Source: an uncultured Nitrososphaerota archaeon | GTDB taxonomy: Archaea; Thermoproteota; Nitrososphaeria; Conexivisphaerales; DTJL01 | Assembly: GCA_963842885.1 (NCBI GenBank) | Contig: CAWJIE010000002.1 | Coordinates: 1 to 64,000 of the forward strand | Length of the DNA: 64,000 nt | Reading direction: 5' to 3' | Shown: one piece after another, positions 48,906 through 59,017 of the stretch | Layout of the letters: each line of letters starts with the position of its first letter | Position numbering within the stretch: position 1 is the stretch's first letter | Translations under genes and position numbers: made by a program | The notes under the pieces: generated by a model | Told to the model about the DNA's origin: nothing | The model's input: only the letters and a program-made list of their open reading frames with translations | Databases searched by the model: none

Positions 48906-50426
48906 TCATGGAATCCTCTCTTCGATTGATTGAGACGTTGGCGCGCGGCGCTTTCTGAAGAGGAAGAAACCAGCCGCGGCGACCACGACTGCCACTGCCA
49001 CTCCGCCCAGAATCAGCGTCGTAGTCGTCGGCAGTGTTGTTTGAGGGCCGCCCATGGCAAACGGAGAACCTGACAGGGCCGAGACGGGAATATCACCGCA
49101 AACCATGACACCAGGCGTGGCAGTCATGTTGGCTGCTTGAATCCATGAACCTGCTGAGTAATAATCAATCACCGTGCTGGCATCCGCGCTAGCATTTGAT
49201 ATGCAGACGTTTGCAGTCCCTCCCATGATTCCAGTTATGCTCAGTTCATAGAATCCGAATGAAGTGCCGCTGGATCCATTGACGCTCAATCCGCCTGTGT
49301 TCGTGGGCTGACTGGTCAATCGCGAGGCGATTATCTCAGCAGTTCCGTTCGTGCCGGCGATACTAACGTTCAATCCTATGGTAGGAAAGGCCACGGTGGA
49401 GGCAGACCCTGCAGTAACGTTGGCGGATGCCTGCTGGCCGGATAGGCAACTTTCGACCATTATTGGACTCCCTGTCATCGTTCCCATGTTGTTTATGACA
49501 CCTATACTGTTTATGGCACCTCCGCAGTTGTTGAAGAAATAGCCAGGGTTGTTGATCGTAGCTGCGGCGTTGTTATTCAGCGTGCCAAAATTGCCCGTCG
49601 AATCGAAGTTGTTAAAGACACCATAGTTGTTGAAGGTTTCATTGAGCCAGATGCTATTAGCTCCGTAGTTGTCAAAGGTACCGTAGTTATTGATCGTTCC
49701 AGGTGCAACTCCGACATTGGCGAGTACCGCGCCACTCTCGACTGTGACAGTGCCGCCCAACTGGTTGTCAAGTGCGCCACCACTGAGGGAGGTTGCGCCC
49801 TGGTCATCCAGAAGACCGGCGTTAGCAAAGACACCGCCGATGTGCAGCCCAGACGGGTCGGGGGCGGAGGTGACGAACGTGCCAGAATTATCGAGCGTAC
49901 CGTCGGTATTCATGCTGAAACCTCCAGAGTTCGAAATCGTGCCAGTGTTGGTTATCGCGCCGTCCATGCTAACCGTTCCGGACGTGTCAATCGTACCCGA
50001 ATTCAAGAGCGTGCTTCCTGGGCCTACGTTAAGCCACCCACTATTGTCAATCATTCCTCCGCTATCAACTGACACTACGCCAGATCCCCCAAATATGCCG
50101 GAATTGTCCAAAGTGCCTTGGATAGTAACCATGCCCCCGGCATCCAGCTTGGTGCCCGAGTCTATTTGGATGGTCGTTCCGGATGGAATTGTAAATCCGG
50201 GGCCCGCCTCACACGTGAGAGCCCCCGATGGGGGTGTGGGACCCTGCCATGTACCATTGAAGGGAGCAGCCGCACAGCTATCTGCGCTCAATATGATTGT
50301 CGACTGGGCATGCACAGGACGGACGCTCAGCGGACCAGCAACCGCTGGCAGAGAGAAGGCCACAAAAGCGAGAAGGAACAACAGACCGACCCGTACGAAA
50401 GCTACCCCGGTTCGTTGCATCTTCAA
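48906..50426 (-). CDS. Secreted beta-helix-like adhesin (NxGT repeats) with C-terminal TM
   Basis: Signal peptide, repeated LDNSG/INNYG units, TM plus RKRR. Confidence 0.8.
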   Translation of the reverse strand: MKMQRTGVAFVRVGLLFLLAFVAFSLPAVAGPLSVRPVHAQSTIILSADSCAAAPFNGTWQGPTPPSGALTCEAGPGFTIPSGTTIQIDSGTKLDAGGMVTIQGTLDNSGIFGGSGVVSVDSGGMIDNSGWLNVGPGSTLLNSGTIDTSGTVSMDGAITNTGTISNSGGFSMNTDGTLDNSGTFVTSAPDPSGLHIGGVFANAGLLDDQGATSLSGGALDNQLGGTVTVESGAVLANVGVAPGTINNYGTFDNYGANSIWLNETFNNYGVFNNFDSTGNFGTLNNNAAATINNPGYFFNNCGGAINSIGVINNMGTMTGSPIMVESCLSGQQASANVTAGSASTVAFPTIGLNVSIAGTNGTAEIIASRLTSQPTNTGGLSVNGSSGTSFGFYELSITGIMGGTANVCISNASADASTVIDYYSAGSWIQAANMTATPGVMVCGDIPVSALSGSPFAMGGPQTTLPTTTTLILGGVAVAVVVAAAGFFLFRKRRAPTSQSIEERIP

Positions 50427-50730
50427 AACCTTATAAATAATAGAGGGAAGTTGGATATAAATATTTCAGGATTGGTTGAAAGTTATAAAAACGTCTATAG
50501 ACACTATGACCAATCATGATATCTTTGTTGAATTCTAGCGTGCTTTCAGCATGACACTGGTAGCATGTGCTTGCAATTCGTGCTGAGTCTACAGAATCCA
50601 GTTTGGCACGACTTCGGCACCGATATAGCCACGAATCCGCTCCGGCCCACCACGATCGCTGCACTTGAGCATAGCATCCTATGCTCCTATCCCGGCTGGT
50701 GTATCCTCGTCCAAGATCAGAGGCGGCGCA

Positions 50731-51406
50731 GGTTTGAACCCCGCTTCCGGTGCTCCTATCCCGGCCGGAGCGCCACATGCCATGATTCCATCTCAAGCTG
50801 CGCACTGGCGCGGTAATGCTACCCGGGACCATCTTGTCTACAAGCGCAGGCCGACCGACGCAAGGAGGAACGGACCGGCGAGAATGCCTCGTGCCCGCGG
50901 GCTCGTATCAAGGTGTGGGCTCGGGGCGAAAGAGCCTGGGCTTGTCGCCCGCCTCCTCGATCGCCCATATGACGGGGAGGCAAGGGTGTTCGAAGGCGTC
51001 CGGCGAGCCCTCCTCCACCGGGCATCCGGTGACGCACCGGTCGAGCCTCGGGTCGACCGGACAGCGCCGGAGCTCAGGGCCCTGGAGGAGCCTCTCCTCA
51101 TCCAGGAGCTTGCCGCAGTCCGTGCAGTAGGTGCGCACGACGATGAAGTTGCCGTCCTCCGCCTTCTCGCCGCGGACCCTCACGTGCTTGCAGTCGGCGT
51201 CATGGGCGGAGGGAGCTGGCTCGGAACCGTGGAAGGAACGATCTCTTGAATCATGGAGGGAATCGGACACGGCCCCGAGCACTTGGACATGGTTTGAATC
51301 TAATGCCATTAAGCGTTGGGAGCACAAGCATCGGGCTGCACGCCTGCCCTGGCGGCGACAGTCGCCGAAGGGATTGGACTCAGCAGGGAGGGTCCAGGAG
51401 GATGGG
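50731..51406 (+). repeat. 676-bp duplicated unit, copy 2
   Basis: Matches 34107-34782. Confidence 0.9.
50908..51270 (-). CDS. Cys-rich putative Zn-finger protein, paralog of 34284-34646
   Basis: Near-identical translation. Confidence 0.5.
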   Translation of the reverse strand: MSDSLHDSRDRSFHGSEPAPSAHDADCKHVRVRGEKAEDGNFIVVRTYCTDCGKLLDEERLLQGPELRRCPVDPRLDRCVTGCPVEEGSPDAFEHPCLPVIWAIEEAGDKPRLFRPEPTP

Positions 51407-51490
51407 CTCGATGTGACTTTCAATGTTGAAACGAAGCGGGCAGCGTTCGGCTCGGATAAATACCCGTGGTTCTCACTTCGCTGGAAGGGG

Positions 51491-52165
51491 ATGGTCATCG
51501 GAGGACTAAGGCCGAGGATTGGCGCGTTTTCCTTGCTCGGCTTCCTCGTCATCGGCGCGCTGGTCTTTTCGAACATTTCACAGGCCCTTGACGCCCAGCT
51601 GGCCCTGGCGGTCGACCATGCGGACCTTGGCGGCCCGGCGACGGCGGTGATGGTCCTCGCGTCGACCTACGGCAGGGAACTCTTGTGGGTCCTTGTGGTC
51701 GGCGTAATGCTTGTCCTCGGAGACAGGGACACGAAGCTTCTTGCCATCGAGCTCTCCGCACTATTAGTAGCAGGGTTGGTCGGCGGAGACCTGATCAAGG
51801 ACGTGGTGTACAGGGCGAGGCCCTTTGAGACCCTGAGCGGAGTAGTACTGCGCGTCCAGCCGCCCATGGATTCCTCGTTTCCATCGGGGCACGCGCTCAC
51901 GGTCTCCATCGGTGCTGCCTTCGCATTGACTAAGTTCAGGAGGAAGGCCGTCGCCCTGCTTCTCGCTTGCGAGGCCGCCGTGGTCTGCTACTCGCGCGTC
52001 TACGTGGGCGTCCATTACCCTCTCGATGTGGTGGGGGGAGCGCTTCTTGCCGTCGGCATCGTATCGATGGGACTTTTCCTCCTCGACAGGGACTTCGAGC
52101 GCGTCGTGGCCAAGGTCACATCTATTTTCACAAGGGCGCTGGGCGAGGGTCCCCTGCGGCTCTGA
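51491..52165 (+). CDS. PAP2 family phosphatase
   Basis: K....RARP, SFPSGH, SRVYVGVHYPLDV. Confidence 0.92.
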   Translation: MVIGGLRPRIGAFSLLGFLVIGALVFSNISQALDAQLALAVDHADLGGPATAVMVLASTYGRELLWVLVVGVMLVLGDRDTKLLAIELSALLVAGLVGGDLIKDVVYRARPFETLSGVVLRVQPPMDSSFPSGHALTVSIGAAFALTKFRRKAVALLLACEAAVVCYSRVYVGVHYPLDVVGGALLAVGIVSMGLFLLDRDFERVVAKVTSIFTRALGEGPLRL

Positions 52166-52433
52166 CCTCTTAAGACTGCTGTGGGCTCGCCCATGAAGAC
52201 GACGAGGACGGGCCCCGACGGAGCCATCGGAGAAGCGGGTCTAGGGAGATGGTCTAGGAGCCGACGAGCTATAGAATGGGGGAGACGCCTCGACTTGGAC
52301 TTAACTGGTGGCCCTGTATCGGTTGTGGTGGGTCAGCACCTTCGCATCACGCCTCACCCTCTGATGCTCTTGCCGGGACAGGGACTGGGGATGCTCAAAT
52401 CTGAAACTGATATGGAGCGTCAGGCAAGCTGTC

Positions 52434-54554
52434 TTATGCCGTCGTCAGAGGTACACAAGTGCTCGGCGGAGAAGCTGGCTCGCTTGGGGGAGAAGGAGGC
52501 GCTGGAGCAACCGGCGCCTGCGATGCCTGACTCGGTGAAGGCCGCCTTCTCCGCCTGATTAGTATTACGCCTAGAACGGCGACAATGACGATGGCTATTG
52601 CTGCAACTGCAAGGTACAGCTGAGTCGAGTCAACAGCCCATGTGGCCGTGATAGTCTTAGGAGAATCGACCGTCACCGACGCCGTGCTGCTCCTGGCGGT
52701 GGAGTCTCCGGACCAGCCCGTGAACACATGGTAGGTGAGTAACCCCGCCGGCACGCTGGAAGGCGACAGAGAGAAGGAGGCGGCAGAACCAGAGTCATAC
52801 CATCCTGCGCCAGCGACGCTGCCATATTCCGATGTGACCGTGACATAGTACTGCGTCTTCCATGAAGCGGACTCTGATACGGGGCCCGCCAGGACGACAT
52901 AGCCAGGATTGTTCGATCCCGAATAGCTCCCCGACCAGCTTGAGAAGACGTACTGAGTGCCCGTCCCTCCCGCTGCGGGGGTGGTGACGCCGAAGCTGGC
53001 CGAGGCGCTGGCGTTGTACCAGCCGGCTCCCTGGGGAGGGCCGTACGAAGAAGTGACCGTGAGGTAGTATTGTGTCGTCCAGGTGCTTGCAGACTCATTG
53101 ATCGCATCATTCATCGTCACCGAGCCCGGGTTATTCGTGCCGCTGTAACTCCCTGCTCCCGCCCCAGTCCAGACTGGGTAGGCGTACTGGACTCCTGTGA
53201 TTCCTGCCTGTGGGGTCGAGATCTGGAAGTCCGCGGTCGAACTGGCATTGTACCAGCCAGTTCCAGTGGGGCTTCCGTAGGTTGACGTGACGTTGAGATA
53301 GTATTGATGGTGATAGGTGAAGGAGATCGTCTGGGTTGCCGATGCGGTGCCCGATGTCGTCTCCGACGTACTCCACCTCTCGGTCGGACCGGAGCCGGGC
53401 AGGCTCGCGTTGACCGACCAGGTACTCCCCAAGTCCAGCGAGTAGCTCTGGGGGGCCGAGCCCAGCGTAGCCGTCAAGGTGTTACCGTCGCTGACGTAGG
53501 TCAGAGTCGGGGAGGAGTAGCCAACTCCTCCTCCAAGGACGGAGGTGCTGAACGTCACGGGCACTTCGGACACAGCGGGCACGGCGCCGCTGATGAACTC
53601 GTAGCCCTTCGCCGCCATGGTCGTGCCGTTCGTGCTAAAGTACTGGAGCTGAGACGGATTCGAAAACGCGAGGTAGAGATAATCGGAGAAGATGGTCGCT
53701 CCGGTGTTAGGGTCCCAGTCGTCGGCCCAGAGCCAGCCTGAGGAGAGGGCGGTGGTGGAGTTGGTGTAGATGACCGGAGAGATGGTGCCTATGCTGGCGG
53801 TCGAATGCCACCACTCGGTCATGAGGCCCGTGAACAGACCATTCCCGTTGTCAGGGCCGCCGGTCTGCCCGACGAAGGTCGTCGCTCCGTGAGCGGTGTA
53901 AGCCTCCTGTGCGCTGGCGCTCGTGTTCCAGTCGAAGGCATACATCACGACGTTTCCGCCGGAGAAGGAGAGGCTGAGAAGGACGATGTCGCCTTCGTTG
54001 ACCGCGCCGCTGAGGGTGGCCAAGCCCCCGCCTCCCGAAGCCGGGAAGACGGAGTTGCCCCCGCTATCGAAGACCTCATAATTCAAGCTGAAGCCGGAGT
54101 TGTGGCCCCCGTTCGCGTTCGGCCAGTTCCAGGAGATCCCTACCTGGTACCAGTATCCCTGATTGGACAGCCCATTGAGGAGATAACCGGGCCCGAATCC
54201 GTTTGCGTCCGACTGTGCCACGGCTGTAACGTTGTAGGCAAGGTAGGCGAAGCTTTGTGTGAAGGTGATCCCGAGTTGGACGTCGTAGTAGCTGGCCGAC
54301 CTGTGAGCGATGGTGACTGGCCCTCCTGAACCGGCCGATTCAGTCTGCACCAGCAGGGGTCCGGGACGAGGCAATCCGGCGAAGGAGGCGGCCGGAGAGG
54401 ACGTCCTCGGGCTCGACTGAAGGGTTGACGCCGCAGCAGAGGAGGCGAGAGGGAGGGTGCCCCGAGCGGCAGAAGCGGAGGTGGCGGGCTGGAAGACGGT
54501 GACGCAGGAGGCTACCATAAGGATGAAGAGGACAGCCAACACATGGTACCGCAA
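52434..54554 (-). CDS. Secreted surface protein with GxGWY/FxxW repeats and C-terminal TM
   Basis: Signal peptide; three QYYxxVTSxYG..GAGWY units; TM plus RRRRR. Confidence 0.85.
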   Translation of the reverse strand: MRYHVLAVLFILMVASCVTVFQPATSASAARGTLPLASSAAASTLQSSPRTSSPAASFAGLPRPGPLLVQTESAGSGGPVTIAHRSASYYDVQLGITFTQSFAYLAYNVTAVAQSDANGFGPGYLLNGLSNQGYWYQVGISWNWPNANGGHNSGFSLNYEVFDSGGNSVFPASGGGGLATLSGAVNEGDIVLLSLSFSGGNVVMYAFDWNTSASAQEAYTAHGATTFVGQTGGPDNGNGLFTGLMTEWWHSTASIGTISPVIYTNSTTALSSGWLWADDWDPNTGATIFSDYLYLAFSNPSQLQYFSTNGTTMAAKGYEFISGAVPAVSEVPVTFSTSVLGGGVGYSSPTLTYVSDGNTLTATLGSAPQSYSLDLGSTWSVNASLPGSGPTERWSTSETTSGTASATQTISFTYHHQYYLNVTSTYGSPTGTGWYNASSTADFQISTPQAGITGVQYAYPVWTGAGAGSYSGTNNPGSVTMNDAINESASTWTTQYYLTVTSSYGPPQGAGWYNASASASFGVTTPAAGGTGTQYVFSSWSGSYSGSNNPGYVVLAGPVSESASWKTQYYVTVTSEYGSVAGAGWYDSGSAASFSLSPSSVPAGLLTYHVFTGWSGDSTARSSTASVTVDSPKTITATWAVDSTQLYLAVAAIAIVIVAVLGVILIRRRRRPSPSQASQAPVAPAPPSPPSEPASPPSTCVPLTTA

Positions 54555-54679
54555 ATCGATCTGACCGACCCGTCGACGAGCGAGCTAGCTGGGTATTTAT
54601 GCTACTAGTCATATTCGTAGCTCTCGTCCTCCTGGGATACGTGGGCCTGAGGCCAGGTATCTGCAAAGGGTAGCCGCGA

Positions 54680-54755
54680 CCGCCGAACTGGAAATGATCT
54701 TGGCGTACTGCCAGTAGACGAGGTCCCGCACCGTCCTGAAGGCAGCTGGAGGCAT
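54680..54755 (-). pseudogene. N-terminal fragment of a conserved archaeal protein (recalled as HNH-associated)
   Basis: MPPAAFRTVRDLVYWQYAKIISSSA, then degenerates. Confidence 0.4.
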
Positions 54756-54885
54756 ACGCATCATCTGATGCGGCACGGAGACGCAAGGCTCGCATTTGGC
54801 CAAGTGAGACATGTCCCAGGCCCCAGCCTGACGGCCTTTCGTCACATCCTGTAGCCTTAACTATAGTGTGCGGCTAGACGGTTGA

Positions 54886-55446
54886 GTGATGATGCCTTCG
54901 GAATTCAAGGAGGTCTTCTTCGACATGGAGACCACGGGCTTCGACCCCTTCGACTGCCACATAATCACAATCCAGGTCAGGGAGGACGGCAAGACGACCG
55001 TCTGGCCCGTATGGACCTCCTCGGAGCGCCAGGTCGTCAACTCCTTCCTCTCCTACACCGACTCCGTCTTCAGGAAGGAGACGCGCTTCATCGGCTACAA
55101 CCTCCTGAAGTTCGACGTCCCCTTCCTCACGGAGAGGATGCACTCCCTGGGCCTCCTCACCTACGACTCCTGGGCGAGGGTGAACAGGGAGCTGGGCTGG
55201 TTCGACATGTACCAGCTCCTGGGTGACCGTTTCGGGAGGTTCAGGGAGTGGAAGCTGGGATTGACCGGGAGGGCTGCGGAGACGGTGAACAAGGAGATAC
55301 CACAGCTTTACGTCGAGAAGAAGTACAACACGGTAATCGAGTACATCGAGGACGAGATGGAGGGCTACGAGTTGGTGTACCAGGCGATCAAGAGGGAGAA
55401 GTTCTACTCGGAGCTCATGGCGCTCAGGGAGAGGCTGCTGAACTGA
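54886..55446 (+). CDS. RNase H-like / DEDD 3'-5' exonuclease domain protein
   Basis: FFDMETTG, IGYNLLKFDVPFL, WFDMY, YIEDE. Confidence 0.8.
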   Translation: MMMPSEFKEVFFDMETTGFDPFDCHIITIQVREDGKTTVWPVWTSSERQVVNSFLSYTDSVFRKETRFIGYNLLKFDVPFLTERMHSLGLLTYDSWARVNRELGWFDMYQLLGDRFGRFREWKLGLTGRAAETVNKEIPQLYVEKKYNTVIEYIEDEMEGYELVYQAIKREKFYSELMALRERLLN

Positions 55447-55668
55447 CTCTGCCTAAGCGCTGCTGGTTCCGGGAGGAACCTCCTCCCGCCTTCCAGGATA
55501 TGAGATTCTGTTGCATGCTCGTCGGCCACGGCTTCGCCCGTCCCTGGAGTATGGTTGCCCTATTCACAGCCTGAAGCCCCATCTTCGTCAGAGCCACTTC
55601 CGTCGACAAACGGGTCAGAAGGAATTCCCAACCTTGCATCTAAATCCCCCTAGCTACATGGTGCCGAT

Positions 55669-55980
55669 ATGAGCGTGAAAAAGGGAGGGGTGGAGTGGGA
55701 GGAGGAGCCGTCCGAAGGATTGGCGGAGCTGGATGTGGCAGACCTGGACCTCGCCTGGGGGGTGTTGAAGGAGGGATTGGCGGATGCGAAGGACGTGCTT
55801 GAGGGGAAGGTCACGCCGGAGGACAGCGCGTTCGCCTCCGAGGAGCGGGCCAAACGCATCATGGAGGCGGCCCAGCAGGTAAAGGGCGCCCTGTTCGAGA
55901 TGGAGATGTTCCCCCTCTGGAACATGCTCGGAGATCGTCCGCGAGCGCAAGATGATGGGGCTCGACTCCTAGGGTGTTAG
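55669..55980 (+). CDS. Hypothetical acidic protein
   Basis: 103-aa ORF with host-like codon usage. Confidence 0.5.
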   Translation: MSVKKGGVEWEEEPSEGLAELDVADLDLAWGVLKEGLADAKDVLEGKVTPEDSAFASEERAKRIMEAAQQVKGALFEMEMFPLWNMLGDRPRAQDDGARLLGC

Positions 55981-56061
55981 CCGCATCCGTCCCAAAGCAG
56001 AGGAGACGGGCGGCAGAGTGCCCTGGCTTCGCAAGACCTAGCCTCATTCCTCGAGGCACGG

Positions 56062-56271
56062 CTATCCGCGCTTGGCCTTAGTCTCCGTCCCTTCCATCTG
56101 CCTTACTCTTGAGAGAACCGCCCTGCCTTTCCGGGTGGCTGAGAATATCTTTCCGACCCTGGCTCCGGGAGTGAGGCACTCCACCAGCTCCTTCGATTGC
56201 AGCTCCCGCAGGGCTCTTCTTACGTTCGTGAGGCTGGCGACCAGCTCGCGCGCAAGGGCCGTAGGGGTCAT
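56062..56271 (-). CDS. Small wHTH protein, possibly 5'-truncated
   Basis: TPTALA...NVRRALRELQSKELVECL...ATRKG; in-frame TAG just upstream. Confidence 0.65.
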   Translation of the reverse strand: MTPTALARELVASLTNVRRALRELQSKELVECLTPGARVGKIFSATRKGRAVLSRVRQMEGTETKAKRG

Positions 56272-56475
56272 CCGTTTCTAGAGTCTGTTGAGATGTGGAG
56301 CGGTCTCTCTCACATGATAGGTCGTGAGATGCTGCCCGCCGCCGATCTGCTGACCTTTGGCCCGTCTCTGGAATATCGGCGCTCTTCTCATGGCGGGAGA
56401 CCCGAACTGAGGAACTGCGTTTCATGCGCCCCTAAGTTAAAATACCATGCTCGTCTCTCATCTGTGTGGTTCAGA

Positions 56476-57351
56476 GTGGGGAGTCTCCCTAGGGGCAGGG
56501 CAGTGGCGCCGTTTCCGCCGCGAATGTGGCTGCCCCTGTATGCGCTCAAGAAGCTGGGCAAGGTCTACTCCAAGACTAAGCTCCAGAAGCTGGTCTTCCT
56601 GGCCCAGTATGAGGCTCGTCTCGACCTCTACGACTTCAGGAAGTACCCTTACGGCCCCTATTCCCCTGACCTGAACCTTGAGACGCTGATGTATCCGACC
56701 CTGATCAAGGCGGAGATCAACACGTCCTCCCTCGACCCCCAGAGGCAGTACTACCTGTTCGAGCTCGGACCCGAAGGTGGGAAAGCCCTCTCAGCCCTGA
56801 CGGCGAAGGTCGGCAGGGCCTACCTCAAGAGAGTCGACGAAACGCTACAGCACTACTCGAAGATGAAGACGCCGGAGCTCCTGGAAGACGTCTACAGGCG
56901 GTTTGCCCTGAAGGACGAAGATTCGGCCAAGCTCGAGACAAGCGTCAAAGTGGAGCTGGAGCCAATCAGGTCCGCGAACGATCAGTACTTCTACACGCAC
57001 GGCAACAGGCAATCCTTCTTCCTTCTGCTGCAGCTCCACCTCCTTGAGCGTGCCATCGGCGCCCTTGGCAAGACCCCCGACACCGTGCAGAGGGGGGTCA
57101 TCCTCAACCTAGGCCAGGAGATGATCGCGAAGACCAGGGACGCCCTGGGCGACATGGCCGCGGGGGCCGACTCGTCAATGCTGCGCCCCAAGTTCGTCGA
57201 CCTGGGGGACCTGACCAGGTACCTTCGCGAGTACTGTGACGCCAGGGGCATCCTTCGGGACACCTTGAAGCAGCAGCTGAAGGAGCTGATGTCGGAGGAC
57301 GAAGCCAAACGTCTCGCAGAGGCCCTAGCCCAAGTGGAGCTGGCCGCATAG
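56476..57351 (+). CDS. Panacea/SocA (DUF4065)-like antitoxin with C-terminal helical extension; start uncertain
   Basis: SKTKLQKLVFLAQ...FRKYPYGPYSPDL...ELLEDVY. Confidence 0.75.
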   Translation: MGSLPRGRAVAPFPPRMWLPLYALKKLGKVYSKTKLQKLVFLAQYEARLDLYDFRKYPYGPYSPDLNLETLMYPTLIKAEINTSSLDPQRQYYLFELGPEGGKALSALTAKVGRAYLKRVDETLQHYSKMKTPELLEDVYRRFALKDEDSAKLETSVKVELEPIRSANDQYFYTHGNRQSFFLLLQLHLLERAIGALGKTPDTVQRGVILNLGQEMIAKTRDALGDMAAGADSSMLRPKFVDLGDLTRYLREYCDARGILRDTLKQQLKELMSEDEAKRLAEALAQVELAA

Positions 57352-57929
57352 TCCTCCTCGACGCAAATGTATGCCTAGCCTACTGTATCAGCTTCAAGTA
57401 TGGAAGACGGCCCATACGGCTGAAATACTCCAAGAGCATGACGTGGTACCTCACTCAACAGTTGGGAAGACCCGGAGTGGGCGTGTCAGAGCTCGTCGCG
57501 GGAGAGACTGGCAACAAGATATGGGATCTGGTCACCAACATCTGGTACAGGGAGCGGATGGCGAACCTTGTCGCGCCGGAGACGCTGGTCGACCTGGCCT
57601 TCGAGAGACTGAGAAGGCTCCTCGCCAAGTCCGAGAAGATACGCGACGAAAGAGGACATCTTCAGGATGTGAAGGAGATGTACCGCTCAATTTGGGAGGA
57701 CCCCTCCAAGGCGGACATGGTGAGGACTTGGGCCCGGTTGAAGGGCAAGAAGCCCGAAGACGGCCCGCCCTCCGGCAACGACCTTGTGATACTCTCGACT
57801 GCGGCCAAGCTATCCGAAACGCGCGATACGGAGCTGCTAACGTTCGACTCCGACTTCACGGTGTTCTCAGACGAAATCAAGGAGAGGTTCAGGGTCAGGG
57901 TCAGCAACGCGGGCGCCATACCTTCATAA
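57348..57929 (+). CDS. PIN-domain ribonuclease toxin (non-canonical start)
   Basis: In-frame upstream extension IVLLDANV; SGNDLVIL..A; LLTFDSDF. Confidence 0.7.
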   Translation: MVLLDANVCLAYCISFKYGRRPIRLKYSKSMTWYLTQQLGRPGVGVSELVAGETGNKIWDLVTNIWYRERMANLVAPETLVDLAFERLRRLLAKSEKIRDERGHLQDVKEMYRSIWEDPSKADMVRTWARLKGKKPEDGPPSGNDLVILSTAAKLSETRDTELLTFDSDFTVFSDEIKERFRVRVSNAGAIPS

Positions 57930-57961
57930 GAGCCATGCACTCTACGCATTCTAAGGGCGGC

Positions 57962-59017
57962 ATGTCCATGAGAGAGCAGGCGAGCGAGATCGGAATGGAG
58001 CTTCACGTGACAGAGGGCCCGCTGAGGGTCGGCCTCACCTTCGACACCAGAGACGACTTCAGGTTCGCCAGCCCCGAGCCGGAGGACTGGGACGCCGAGT
58101 TCGCCGTGTCGGTGGCCGTAGACGACATCGCCCACGCCCTCGAAGACCTGGGCCACGAAGCGCTCTACATCGGGAGCGGGAGGAAGCTGCTGGACGGCTT
58201 CGGGGAGTACAGGGGGAAGGTGGACATCGTCTTCAACATCGCGGAGGGCTACTTCGGCAGGGCGAGGGAGGCCCAGGTCCCGGCCATGCTCGAGATGGCC
58301 GGCGTCCCCTACGTGGGCTCCGACGCCTACTCCCTGGCGCTCTCCCTTAACAAGTGGCACACTAAAGTCCTCGCCTCCTACTACCAGGTCAGGACCCCCG
58401 GCTTCTCCCTGGTCCGCAACGAGGAGGAGATCGAACTCTGCCGCCCCAGGTCCTACCCGGCCATCTGCAAGCTCTGCTACGAGGGAAGCAGCAAGGGCCT
58501 AAGAGAGGACTCGATCGTCCACGATAGAGCTGGAATGAAGCGACAGGTCAGGTTCCTCCTGCGGACGTACAGACAACCGGTCCTGGTCGAGGAGTTCATC
58601 AAGGGAAAGGAGATAGACGTCCCGATAATAGGGACCCTCCCGAAGAAGGCCTTCGGCGTGGTGGGGATTTCGTTGGGCGGCTCCCTAAGTCTGGGGGAAA
58701 GGTTCCTCACCTCCAAGATAGTCGGAGCGGACTCCTACGGGTTCAAGTTCCCGCTCGAAGAGCCCTTCGTTCAAGAGGCCGACTCCATGTCCGTCTTGAT
58801 GTACAGCATCCTTGACTGCAGGGACTTCGGCCGAGTCGACATGCGGATAGACGAAGAGGGGAGGCCCTACTTTCTGGAGATCAACCCCTACCCCTACCTG
58901 GGGAAGCACAGCAGCTTCAACGAAATCGCTGTGAAGTCAGGCCTGGGCTACACGAAGATGATAGGGTTGATACTGCAGAGCGCGCTCGAAAGGCAGACCG
59001 TGAAGAGACACGCCTAG
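57962..59017 (+). CDS. ATP-grasp ligase, D-Ala-D-Ala ligase-like
   Basis: VFNIAEG..GRAREAQVP, YVGSD, EGSSKG, VEEFI.G.E, GRVDMR, LEINP. Confidence 0.88.
   Translation: MSMREQASEIGMELHVTEGPLRVGLTFDTRDDFRFASPEPEDWDAEFAVSVAVDDIAHALEDLGHEALYIGSGRKLLDGFGEYRGKVDIVFNIAEGYFGRAREAQVPAMLEMAGVPYVGSDAYSLALSLNKWHTKVLASYYQVRTPGFSLVRNEEEIELCRPRSYPAICKLCYEGSSKGLREDSIVHDRAGMKRQVRFLLRTYRQPVLVEEFIKGKEIDVPIIGTLPKKAFGVVGISLGGSLSLGERFLTSKIVGADSYGFKFPLEEPFVQEADSMSVLMYSILDCRDFGRVDMRIDEEGRPYFLEINPYPYLGKHSSFNEIAVKSGLGYTKMIGLILQSALERQTVKRHA

Noticed and set aside
57371-57961. N-terminal extension of the 548-aa ATP-grasp ORF
   Set aside because: It overlaps the PIN gene in another frame; the ligase plausibly starts at 57962 or later.
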